Virus record (IMG/VR): IMGVR_UViG_3300044564_000006
Span: 1 to 39,924 of that record
Direction: 5' to 3' (one strand)
DNA length: 39,924 nt
Source: a virus
Position 1 is the stretch's first letter. Every line of letters begins with the position of its first letter. Below, in pieces: positions 32,454 to 39,924 of the stretch. The translations under genes were made by a program, and so were the position numbers. The notes beneath the pieces are model-generated. The model was not told the DNA's origin and did no database searches. It worked only from the letters and a program-made list of their open reading frames with translations.

Positions 32454-34545
32454 CACGGAATTGGGAGAGCTTGGCAATGCCGCGCTCAGCTACCTCGGTC
32501 TTGGCCTTGCCGTGATACCAATCGTCGCGCGGGACAAGCGGCCAGCGGTGGCGCACGGCGTCAACGCGTGGACGGACAACCCCGACGAGGTGCGCGGTTG
32601 GTGGTCTGCGCACCCGAATGACAACATCGGCATCGTGTGTGGGACGCCGTCTCGCGGGCTGCTGGTGATAGACCTCGACGTGTCGGATGACAAGGACGGG
32701 ATGGCCACGCTCCGCGAGTGGGAGACCGCCCACGGCGAGCTGCCCGAGACCGCCGAGGAGATAACGGGCGGCGGCGGAAGGCACCTGCTGTACCGCACGG
32801 GCCGCACGAACATCCACCCGTCCACCAACCGCACGCTTGGCGTTGACATTCGCGCCGATGGCTCGTACATCGTGGCCGCTCCGAGCATACACCCGAGCGG
32901 CGAGCCATACGAGTGGTGGGCCGCGCCGGATGACGTGGGCATCGCGGACGCGACCGATGACGTATACGACTTCATTGACTACGTCCAGCGCAACGGGGGC
33001 ACTGATGACGCTCTGAAGGACCGGCAGGATGGCGGATTCACGCTGCCTGACGAGATAAAGGAGGGCGAGCGCGACGACACCCTGTTCCGCTACGGCTCGC
33101 GCCTCCGCAGGTTCGGGCGCAACGATGCGGAGATTCTGAACGAGCTTACCGGCGTGAACTTCCTGCGCTGCAACCCGCCCATGCCAATGGAGGACGTGCG
33201 ACGCATCGCCAAGTCGTGCTGCAGGTACGAGCGCGGAAGCGACTCCAGCGACGTGGAGGTGGGAGCGCCACACAAGCAGGCCAGTGGCGCAGATGGCGAG
33301 GGCTTCCAGCGCTCGAAGAACGGCGCGATGCTCCAGACCACGTACAATGCCGTGCGCGCCGTCATGATTGACGAAAGGCTGAGAGGCCACCTCTGGTACA
33401 ACGGCATGTCGTACCAACGCATGGTCACGCTCCCGCTCCCGTGGGATGACCGCGAGGGGGAGAGGGCGATAAAGGATACCGACTACATCGGGCTAACGGC
33501 CTACATAGAGAAGAAGTACGGCATTACCGGCGTCCAGAGGATAACGCAGGCGGCGCAGTACGCGTGCGAGAAGAACTCCAGGAACCCGTGCCGCGAATGG
33601 CTCGACTCTCTCGAATGGGACGGAAGGTACAGGGTTGGCACGCTGATAACCGCGTGCCTTGGCGCTGATGACACGGCATACAACCGAGAGGTCGAGCGCA
33701 TTTTCATGCTGGGGGCTGTGTCGCGCGTCTACGAGCCGGGCTGCAAGTTCGACTACGTCCCAATCCTAATCGGCAATCAGGGAATCGGGAAGTCAAGGTA
33801 CGTCCGACTCCTGGCGCACCACGACCAGTGGTACACGGACAACTTCAACACTCTCGACGGGGACGCGGCGCTGGAGAAGATTCGCGGGCTCTGGATAGCC
33901 GAGCTCGCGGAGCTGCTCGCGACGAAGCGGGCGCGAGAGGTCGAGGCGATAAAGGCCTTCGTCACGAGCACTACCGACGTGATACGGCCAAAGTACGCAC
34001 GAGAGACCGAGCAGCGCAAGCGCGTGTGCGTCTTCATCGGCACGACGAACGAGCACGACTTCCTGACCGACTCGACGGGAAACCGCCGATTCCTCCCGGT
34101 CGAGTGCAAGGCGACGGCGTGCAACCCGTGGATGTTCTCGGACGAGGCTCCCGAGTACGTCGAGCAGATGTGGGCGGAGGCCGTACACGTCTACAAGACT
34201 GACCATCCCTCCTTGGTTATGCCAGAAAAGCTCACGGATTATGCACTCACGATGCAGACCGCGCACACCGAGGACGACCCGTTAGTTGGACTCGTCCAGC
34301 AGTGGGCCGAGTCGCGGCTCAAGTCAATCAGGGATAGCAAATCCGACATGTCGGGAGTCGGGGCGAGGGTGTGCGTGAGGGAGGTCTACGACGCGATGCC
34401 CGAGGACGTGAGGCGCGGCGACTCACGGTACGTGTACAAGGCGCTCGCGAGGGCGATGGACTCGTGCCACGGATGGGTTCGGGAGACCGAGAAGATGCGG
34501 ACGCGATCGTACGGCACACAGCGCGTCTGGGTTCCGGAGCCCTAG
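32446..34545 (+). CDS. Primase-polymerase + PriCT + VirE-type P-loop helicase fusion.
   Basis: LAVIPI...LVIDLDV...GGGRHLLY...IRADGSYIVAAPSIHPSG; EGERDDTLFRYGSRLR; LIGNQGIGKSRYVRLL. Confidence 0.88.
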   Translation: MADTELGELGNAALSYLGLGLAVIPIVARDKRPAVAHGVNAWTDNPDEVRGWWSAHPNDNIGIVCGTPSRGLLVIDLDVSDDKDGMATLREWETAHGELPETAEEITGGGGRHLLYRTGRTNIHPSTNRTLGVDIRADGSYIVAAPSIHPSGEPYEWWAAPDDVGIADATDDVYDFIDYVQRNGGTDDALKDRQDGGFTLPDEIKEGERDDTLFRYGSRLRRFGRNDAEILNELTGVNFLRCNPPMPMEDVRRIAKSCCRYERGSDSSDVEVGAPHKQASGADGEGFQRSKNGAMLQTTYNAVRAVMIDERLRGHLWYNGMSYQRMVTLPLPWDDREGERAIKDTDYIGLTAYIEKKYGITGVQRITQAAQYACEKNSRNPCREWLDSLEWDGRYRVGTLITACLGADDTAYNREVERIFMLGAVSRVYEPGCKFDYVPILIGNQGIGKSRYVRLLAHHDQWYTDNFNTLDGDAALEKIRGLWIAELAELLATKRAREVEAIKAFVTSTTDVIRPKYARETEQRKRVCVFIGTTNEHDFLTDSTGNRRFLPVECKATACNPWMFSDEAPEYVEQMWAEAVHVYKTDHPSLVMPEKLTDYALTMQTAHTEDDPLVGLVQQWAESRLKSIRDSKSDMSGVGARVCVREVYDAMPEDVRRGDSRYVYKALARAMDSCHGWVRETEKMRTRSYGTQRVWVPEP

Positions 34546-34547
34546 AA

Positions 34548-34808
34548 ATGTTGCCGATGTTGCCGCGATGTTGCCGCAAAACCGATTCGCGGCAACATTC
34601 AAAAATGCCCATCTACCTGCGGTTTGTTGCCGATGTTGCCGATGTTGCCGTCTTTTCCCAAGAATCATTAAATAGAAAAGAAGAATAGTATTAGAAGGGT
34701 TTATAGGAATTCACGTCATCTTCGGCAACATGCGGCAACAAAATTTAACGTTTCCGCAGCTAAACTGCCGTTTTTGGCATGTTGCCGACGGCAACGTTTT
34801 CGGCAACG
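34548..34808. promoter_or_regulatory. Putative origin of replication: 12 copies of the iteron (A)TGTTGCCG (7 direct, 5 inverted) flanking a ~65-bp AT-rich unwinding element (34651-34715).
   Basis: Direct copies at 34548, 34557, 34568, 34624, 34633, 34642 and 34779. Inverted copies at 34590, 34723, 34733, 34789 and 34801. Confidence 0.75.
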
Positions 34809-34924
34809 CGGAAGCATCCGTGACAAAAATTCCCGATGGTTACTGACAAAAAGTCCTGACAACACGAATGGCCGAGTGTGTAGGCACCAGCGATGGCCTG
34901 CCACGAGGTCGGAGGGGAGCGGCA

Positions 34925-35179
34925 ATGGCCGACTCAGTCAAGGGCCGGAGCGCGTACGGTCGCGCCGTCGCGCGGATGTGCAGCGTGGCCGAGATCACTG
35001 GGGTGGAGGCGTCTGCGGGCGCTGGGTTCAGCAGGGACTATGCGGCCAAGTCCCCGAGCATGGGCAACCCACCGCTCGCGAGCCTGGACCGCATGGCGCG
35101 CGCATGCGGCTACGAGGTCGTGCTGGCAAACCGCGAGCGCGGGGACGCATTCTCGCTCTCGCGCATGCTCAGGGCCTAG
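34925..35179 (+). CDS. Small putative DNA-binding protein.
   Basis: GGAG RBS before ATG 34925; first gene after the iterons. Confidence 0.45.
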   Translation: MADSVKGRSAYGRAVARMCSVAEITGVEASAGAGFSRDYAAKSPSMGNPPLASLDRMARACGYEVVLANRERGDAFSLSRMLRA

Positions 35180-35383
35180 CCACCTCGCCCCGCTGGCCTG
35201 ATTTGTGGGGGCGCGGCGGGGCGGAGAATCGCTCAGACCAACCGCTGAGAGAATGCCCCTGAGAGCGGAGCAGGGCTGGGTAGAACGCCACAGAATCCGA
35301 TTTATGGGTGAACACTCGTGTTTGGCGCGAAAGGCGCTAGATTCACGTTCTACACGCCTTAGAAAAGAAATGAGCTGGTAAAC

Positions 35384-35663
35384 ATGACAATCAACACGAA
35401 GCGCTGGGTTGTGCAGCCCGACGGAAAGCGGGACCCGCGCTGCTGGCAGGTGTGCCCGAAGGCTCGCAAATGGCAAGGTCAGCAGGCCCGTCTGCTACCA
35501 CATCCACCTCGCGGACGCGCTCTCCTGGTGCGCGGAGTGCGAGATGCGCAACGACCTCGACAAAGCGACTGAGCTTGCTGCGGTGGCCGACTCGGTGCGC
35601 GCGGAGCACGACCGCCTCATGGACGAGATAAATAAATCATTGAACGAACACGGAATCAGCTAG
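35384..35663 (+). CDS. Small Cys-rich (zinc-ribbon-like) protein whose coding signal switches to the +1 frame near 35465-35480.
   Basis: GC3 is high in the 35384 frame up to ~35473, then high in the 35409 frame. Joined product: ..RCWQVCPKAR..VSRPVCYHIHLADALSWCAEC... Confidence 0.5.
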
Positions 35664-35667
35664 GGGG

Positions 35668-36030
35668 ATGTTGCGTATGTATGAAAACGACGAATCCATG
35701 CAGTCGCGCGAGGACGTGTCGAGGCGCGATATAGACGCCGCGTGGGACGAGGTGAAGCGCGCGCTCGACGACTCGCGAGACACGCGGGACGCCTGGGCGC
35801 GTGACGTGAGCCACCCACGACATTACATGTCGGAGGGAGTCGAGTGCATAGAAGCCATGTACCGCCTTGACCCCGCGCTGGCCGTGTACTTCTCGGCAGG
35901 CTCAGCGCTCAAGTACCTCGACCGCGCGGGACTCAAGGATGACAAGGAGACCGACCTGAACAAGGCTTTTGAGTGCTGGCACATGGCCAAGCGGATGATG
36001 GCGAGGGGCGGCGATTATGGGCTGCGATAG
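35668..36030 (+). CDS. DUF3310-family protein. The start is probably ATG 35677.
   Basis: HPRHYMSEGVECIEAM...GSALKYLDRAGLKDDKETDLNKA. Confidence 0.65.
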   Translation: MLRMYENDESMQSREDVSRRDIDAAWDEVKRALDDSRDTRDAWARDVSHPRHYMSEGVECIEAMYRLDPALAVYFSAGSALKYLDRAGLKDDKETDLNKAFECWHMAKRMMARGGDYGLR

Positions 36031-36436
36031 CGTGAAGAAGCGCGTGCGAGCGGCCAAAATCATCAGGGGTGACCTTGTGTTCGCGCGAATGTACGACAAA
36101 ACGGGCGAATACGGGATGGGTCTGAATTTCGACCACCCAGAGAAAGTCAGGGAAACGCGCTGCGTGCTGTACAACGACATTGCCGAGTCCGTAGAGCCAT
36201 ACGGTAATTTAGACCTGACTGCGGAGCAGGTTTTCAAAAGGCTTGCACTCCTCATAGACCCCACGTGCTACAACACGCAAACCTATAAAGAAGCTTACTT
36301 TACATGCAGCGAGTGCGGGGCCACAACGCTGTTGCTTGATGACCAGAACGAATCAATAGTAGATGATGGCGCATTTCGATTCTGCCCGAACTGCGGGGCA
36401 AGGGTCGTTGACGGAAATTGCCGCGATGGGCGATGA
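36017..36436 (+). CDS. Zinc-ribbon protein, 'LIDPTC ... CSECG ... CPNCGARVV' family; paralogue of 38001..38330.
   Basis: Shared motifs; locally lower GC. Confidence 0.55.
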   Translation: MGCDSVKKRVRAAKIIRGDLVFARMYDKTGEYGMGLNFDHPEKVRETRCVLYNDIAESVEPYGNLDLTAEQVFKRLALLIDPTCYNTQTYKEAYFTCSECGATTLLLDDQNESIVDDGAFRFCPNCGARVVDGNCRDGR

Positions 36437-36461
36437 GACGAATTTTTCGAGATGACCAGAT

Positions 36462-37037
36462 ATGGGGTTATGTCACGTGAAGAGCATGGAATACAAGTTA
36501 ACCGTCCGCCCGTTCTGCATCGGCTCCGAGAAGTCACAGGCCACGAAGCCACTCGAAGAGGCTGCGGAGGCTTTCGGGCAGTGGCAGCTCATGGAGAAGG
36601 AACGCGAGAGGCGTAGGCAAGGAGAGCCAGACATCCTCGCGTGCGCAGCGTTCCGCGAAGGAATCATCTACGAGTGCTGCGACACCATCCAGGCCGCGTG
36701 CAACCTCATGGCGCGTGTCGGCGCAGGGGCCGACGAGGTTTCCGAGGCCATGGAGGACGTCCACACGAGCAACGAGCGTCGCGGGCGCTACGACCAGCCG
36801 ACCGAGGAGGAGCAGAGCGGGTGGCACTTCAGGACGCCGCCCGACGATTCCCGCGAGGTGCTTTGCATTGGGCCACGCATCGGCTACTACCTCGGGAGGT
36901 ACCTGCGCACGGAGACCGATGACGGCGGGACATACATGATGATGGCACCGAAGGGGAGCGTTGCGGGAGCAGAGCGCAAGGCCATTGCATGGCACGAGTT
37001 GCCGCCAGCAAATGAGGGAGGTTTCATCGATGAGTGA
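36462..37037 (+). CDS. MazG-like NTP pyrophosphohydrolase fused to a DUF551-like C-terminal domain.
   Basis: LEEAAEAFGQW...ECCDTIQAACNL...NERRGRY, then W..RTPPDD...AIAWHELPP. Confidence 0.5.
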   Translation: MGLCHVKSMEYKLTVRPFCIGSEKSQATKPLEEAAEAFGQWQLMEKERERRRQGEPDILACAAFREGIIYECCDTIQAACNLMARVGAGADEVSEAMEDVHTSNERRGRYDQPTEEEQSGWHFRTPPDDSREVLCIGPRIGYYLGRYLRTETDDGGTYMMMAPKGSVAGAERKAIAWHELPPANEGGFIDE

Positions 37038-37458
37038 CATCAGCGACGAGCTGCGCAAGAGGGCGCACGAGCTGGGCGGCTACGTTGAGACTCTTGTAAC
37101 TGCTAAGGAGCTTGACGACATCTCCGACCGCATCGATGCTGAGATGGTCGAGCTTCCGCGCGACATGGATGGCGTGCCCATCCACGTGGGCGACACGGTG
37201 TGGACAGACGCCGTGGAGTGCACGGTCACGTCCATCGAGTTTTATGAAGACATAACAAAAATATTTACATCCAGTCGGGGAACTCAAGCCATCGTCGGCC
37301 CGACTAACATCACCCACACCAGCCCCGATAGCCTGGGACGCATCGCCGATGAGCTGGAGGCGTGGTGCGACGGCGCGGACGTGGACGGGGACGCCTGCGA
37401 GAAGCCCCGCGACCTCGCTGACCGCATCAGAAAGCTGGCGGAGAAGGAGGGCGAGTGA
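37030..37458 (+). CDS. Hypothetical protein.
   Basis: Overlaps the upstream stop; pattern ELRKRAHEL...LPRDMDGVPIHVGDTVW...LADRIRKLAE. Confidence 0.5.
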   Translation: MSDISDELRKRAHELGGYVETLVTAKELDDISDRIDAEMVELPRDMDGVPIHVGDTVWTDAVECTVTSIEFYEDITKIFTSSRGTQAIVGPTNITHTSPDSLGRIADELEAWCDGADVDGDACEKPRDLADRIRKLAEKEGE

Positions 37459-37733
37459 TGGGCGAGGAAGCCGAAGCGACCGTGAGCCTGCTGTGGTCGG
37501 AAGACTGGCTCGATGACGGTATGGAGCACAGCGATGACCCTCGCGGGTGCTACGACGATGTTCACAAGGGTTCGGCGGTCAGGAGCGCCGGATGCCCCTG
37601 CCTTGCGGTCCGCAAGGAGAGCCGTGTGGTCTATGGCTGGCGAGTGTTCCTCGTGGAGGTCTGGGACGGCGAGACTCCGCTGTGCGACCACATGGAGTGG
37701 CGCAACGCGTACATGCTGGAGGTGGCTTCCTGA
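37455..37733 (+). CDS. Hypothetical protein.
   Basis: GTGATG start overlaps the upstream TGA. Confidence 0.45.
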   Translation: MMGEEAEATVSLLWSEDWLDDGMEHSDDPRGCYDDVHKGSAVRSAGCPCLAVRKESRVVYGWRVFLVEVWDGETPLCDHMEWRNAYMLEVAS

Positions 37734-38029
37734 TGGGAGAGAAGGAGAAGGCATATCTCGTGGAGCGCGGGCACAAAGTCACTAATGGAGGGTCATACGA
37801 GATATGGGATGTTGGGAACGATGTCGGCATCTACATTGACTTCAACCCAAGCCTAGCAGACACGATGGCACCAGAGACGATGGCCTTCCCAGTTGACTTG
37901 CGCAATTGGGAAGTAACGAGCTGGGACGAGCTGGGCGTGTGGTACGAGGACGCCACGGGCGGCAAGGCCATACGCGAGCTGGGATACGAGCCAGTGGAAG
38001 ATGGTGGCACCAATGGCAGCACCGACTAG
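37733..38029 (+). CDS. Hypothetical protein.
   Basis: TGATG overlap with the upstream gene. Confidence 0.45.
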   Translation: MGEKEKAYLVERGHKVTNGGSYEIWDVGNDVGIYIDFNPSLADTMAPETMAFPVDLRNWEVTSWDELGVWYEDATGGKAIRELGYEPVEDGGTNGSTD

Positions 38030-38330
38030 CGAAGAGCGCCGAGAGATTGCGGAGCGCATACGCAAGACGCATGGAATCATGGCGTTCGTGGAAGCGCTCG
38101 GCATCGACTTGGACAGCGACTGGTGCTGGACGGACGTGAGCAGGCGCGTGGCCGACCTAATAGACCCGACGTGCCATGACGTAAGCAGCCAAGACATCGA
38201 AATTAAGTGCTCAGCCTGCGGGGCATACACGGAAATCCCGTCTGATAGAGGTGCAGAGATTGGATGGCTTAAAGACTCAGGCCACCACCTTAACTATTGC
38301 CCAAACTGCGGTGGAAGGTTGGTAGGTTAA
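38001..38330 (+). CDS. Zinc-ribbon protein, 'LIDPTC ... CSACG ... CPNCGGRLV' family; paralogue of 36017..36436.
   Basis: Shared motifs. Confidence 0.55.
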   Translation: MVAPMAAPTSEERREIAERIRKTHGIMAFVEALGIDLDSDWCWTDVSRRVADLIDPTCHDVSSQDIEIKCSACGAYTEIPSDRGAEIGWLKDSGHHLNYCPNCGGRLVG

Positions 38331-38795
38331 TTGTGGTTGCCATGGAGACGATTGCTTGCCCTGCTGGACGAACTTGCCAACCTGCCAGCGATGGTGGTGG
38401 AGACGATGATTAGGGCCAATACCATTGTCGGTAATCCCGACAACATCCGTAGGATGGCAGACTACCTCGGAGAGTTCGGAAGCAAGGGCCGCGACGGCGA
38501 ATACGCGTTCTCCCGTTTTGTCGGACATTGCTCCGAGGACTCCACCAGCATCAATGGTGTTGATCCAGAGACTTTTGGGATGGTCATGATATGCGCCTAC
38601 TACTGCGCGTGCATCGGTTGCGTGCCGCACGGGCAAATCCCGCGCACCGTTACGTTCGACATGTTCGGGATGCTCGCACAAATTGCCAATGTCCTCGGGG
38701 CGGCGGAGTGGGCGTACGGGAATGGATACACGAGACGAGCTGGGCGTACTGGTTGCGGAGGTGGCATGCATGCGCGAGAGCAGAATCTTAATTGA
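38331..38795 (+). CDS. Hypothetical protein with a TTG start. Its last ~24 codons look non-coding and overlap the next gene.
   Basis: Protein-like sequence up to ..AAEWAYGNG; lower-GC segment. Confidence 0.4.
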   Translation: MWLPWRRLLALLDELANLPAMVVETMIRANTIVGNPDNIRRMADYLGEFGSKGRDGEYAFSRFVGHCSEDSTSINGVDPETFGMVMICAYYCACIGCVPHGQIPRTVTFDMFGMLAQIANVLGAAEWAYGNGYTRRAGRTGCGGGMHAREQNLN

Positions 38796-38967
38796 CAACA
38801 ATTTTTACTACAAGCAATACGACATAAGCGACGAGATGGACGCGTTGGCACGCGTTATCTCGGAGAAGACAGTGCTAACGCATGCACAGGCGCACGAGAG
38901 ATTGTCGGAGTTCATCGAGGATTTGCTTGAAACGCACGCGCCTGGAGGTGTCATTGATGGAGACTGA
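38722..38967 (+). CDS. Hypothetical protein.
   Basis: MDTRDELGVLVAEV...; ends in TGA overlapping the next ATG. Confidence 0.45.
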   Translation: MDTRDELGVLVAEVACMRESRILIDNNFYYKQYDISDEMDALARVISEKTVLTHAQAHERLSEFIEDLLETHAPGGVIDGD

Positions 38968-39295
38968 GATTGCCCGCTATCCCGTCCGCTGCCACCGCTG
39001 CGGCAGGACGGAGCAGGTGCGCGTGTGCGTCGAGGACATGTGCGGCGATGACTCGCTCTTCCAGGCCGCTGGCCAGCTCCCGACCGTCCGCACGGTCGCA
39101 GCAGGGTGGCGCTGGGAGTGGGTGGGCTGCTACCCGCTCTGGGTGTGCCCGAGCTGCAGCAAGCGCGACTGCGGTCACTGCACGCACATCCGCGCGTCAG
39201 AGCAGGACGGCGCGCTGTACTGCCCGATAGTCGGGCGCGAGGTGTGCGCGAACGACCAGCCGTGCGCTGTGTTTGCCAGATTGGAGGACGCGTGA
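38957..39295 (+). CDS. Cysteine-rich (multi-CxxC) protein.
   Basis: CHRCG, CPSC, CGHC and further Cys residues. Confidence 0.5.
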   Translation: METEIARYPVRCHRCGRTEQVRVCVEDMCGDDSLFQAAGQLPTVRTVAAGWRWEWVGCYPLWVCPSCSKRDCGHCTHIRASEQDGALYCPIVGREVCANDQPCAVFARLEDA

Positions 39296-39531
39296 TGGCA
39301 GACCTCATCCCAGCTTGGATGTACAAGCAGATGTACGAGCGCGCGTGCGATGATAATTCCCTTCTCTCGCGCAAGCTCGCGGTGTACGACGGGTGCCTTG
39401 ACATCATCTGCGGGGCCGTGGACGTCGCGGGAATGGCGCGCGATGCCGAGACCGCCGAGGACGTGGGCGATGCCGAGCGCGCGCTGGCCGACCTCACACG
39501 GGGCGGCGGGACGGAACACACGTTCGCATAG
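39295..39531 (+). CDS. Hypothetical protein.
   Basis: TGATG overlap with the upstream gene. Confidence 0.45.
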   Translation: MADLIPAWMYKQMYERACDDNSLLSRKLAVYDGCLDIICGAVDVAGMARDAETAEDVGDAERALADLTRGGGTEHTFA

Positions 39532-39562
39532 CATCAACGATTTTGCTACAATGCCCTCGTTG

Positions 39563-39588
39563 GCCCTCGTGCCAGCGGGGGCTTTTTT
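39563..39588 (+). terminator. Rho-independent terminator: 7-bp stem, 6-nt loop, T6.
   Basis: GCCCTCG-tgccag-CGGGGGC-tttttt. Confidence 0.7.
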
Positions 39589-39606
39589 CGTATGGGAGGT
39601 TTGCCA

Positions 39607-39924
39607 GTGCCAGACCGTTCCGACCACGCCACCACCAACACCCACGCATACAGGCCGTGCGACTACGCGACCGCCCGAGACTTCTTCGAGGCCGCACGCG
39701 TCGCGGCGAGGGACGCCGACGAGATCAAGCGCAAGCTCGCGTCGTTGGAGTCCAAGTGCTACGTGCGCGCCCAGTCGTACCAGCCGAGGATATCGGTGGG
39801 CCACCAGCACGACGTTATGGCTCCCGTCGATAGGTACGTCGAGCAGCAGGAGAGGTACGCCCGCAGGCTGGACGAGGACAACCATCTCGTGGAGGTCGCG
39901 AGCTCCGTCCTGTATGGGTGTGCC
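39607..39924 (+). CDS. 5' part of the junction-spanning late-activator gene. GTG 39607 follows GGGAGG; ATG 39592 is an alternative start.
   Basis: The frame is open to the window end and in frame with 2..340 through the 127-bp repeat. Confidence 0.5.
   Translation, partial: MPDRSDHATTNTHAYRPCDYATARDFFEAARVAARDADEIKRKLASLESKCYVRAQSYQPRISVGHQHDVMAPVDRYVEQQERYARRLDEDNHLVEVASSVLYGCA
39798..39924. repeat. Second copy of the 127-bp terminal repeat.
   Basis: Identical to 1-127. Confidence 0.95.

Noticed and set aside
34548-34808. Short-repeat arrays (here and at 24739-24780) considered as CRISPR.
   Set aside because: The repeats are 8-11 bp with no unique spacers of CRISPR size and no cas genes. 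The pattern fits iterons or a VNTR.

Overview
The window is one complete, circularly assembled genome of a temperate siphovirus. Bases 1-127 are identical to 39798-39924, so the unique length is 39,797 bp. The DNA is high-GC, and an Actinomycetota-type host is only an inference. Almost everything is on the + strand and tightly packed, with many ATGA/GTGA stop-start overlaps.

Gene order:
- A late activator spans the circular junction.
- An AT-rich regulatory hub follows (355-520).
- Packaging module: HNH endonuclease, a PLD-like protein, a 44-aa basic peptide, TerS and TerL.
- Head genes: portal, ClpP-type prohead protease and an HK97-type capsid.
- Connector and tail genes: major tail protein, G/GT chaperone, 1265-aa tape measure, a lectin-loaded Dit-like protein, Tal and fibres with CBM-like modules.
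- Lysis cassette: holin, a Zn-ribbon ORF and a GH25 endolysin.
- A leftward two-gene 'moron' operon.
- attP carrying the 3' end of tRNA-Asn, then the leftward integrase, a small membrane protein and a cI-like repressor.
- A three-operator switch and a Cro-like gene.
- About 0.5 kb with no convincing ORF.
- Replication and recombination genes: Sak4-like ATPase, DUF669/SSB-like protein, ERCC4-like nuclease and a primase-polymerase/VirE helicase.
- An iteron origin.
- About 4.5 kb of small early ORFs.

Most interesting candidates:
1. The self-contained, promoter- and terminator-insulated leftward operon at 24923-25940. It may be an uncharacterised TA-like or defence module.
2. Two G8 homopolymer tracts in the receptor-binding locus. 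One breaks a reading frame and the other sits on a latent ATGA gene junction.
3. A PLD-like (HKD) protein plus a 44-aa poly-basic peptide ending in an SSB C-terminal-tip motif (DDIPF), both inside the packaging module.
4. A GTTGCCG iteron network linking the origin, the replication-operon leader and the putative cos/late-promoter hub.
5. An integrase carrying an in-frame TGA and an apparent loss of catalytic Arg-I.
6. The ORF-free, stem-rich region downstream of cro.

All family names come from motif recognition by eye. No database search or folding could be run. Several frame anomalies could equally be assembly or sequencing errors.
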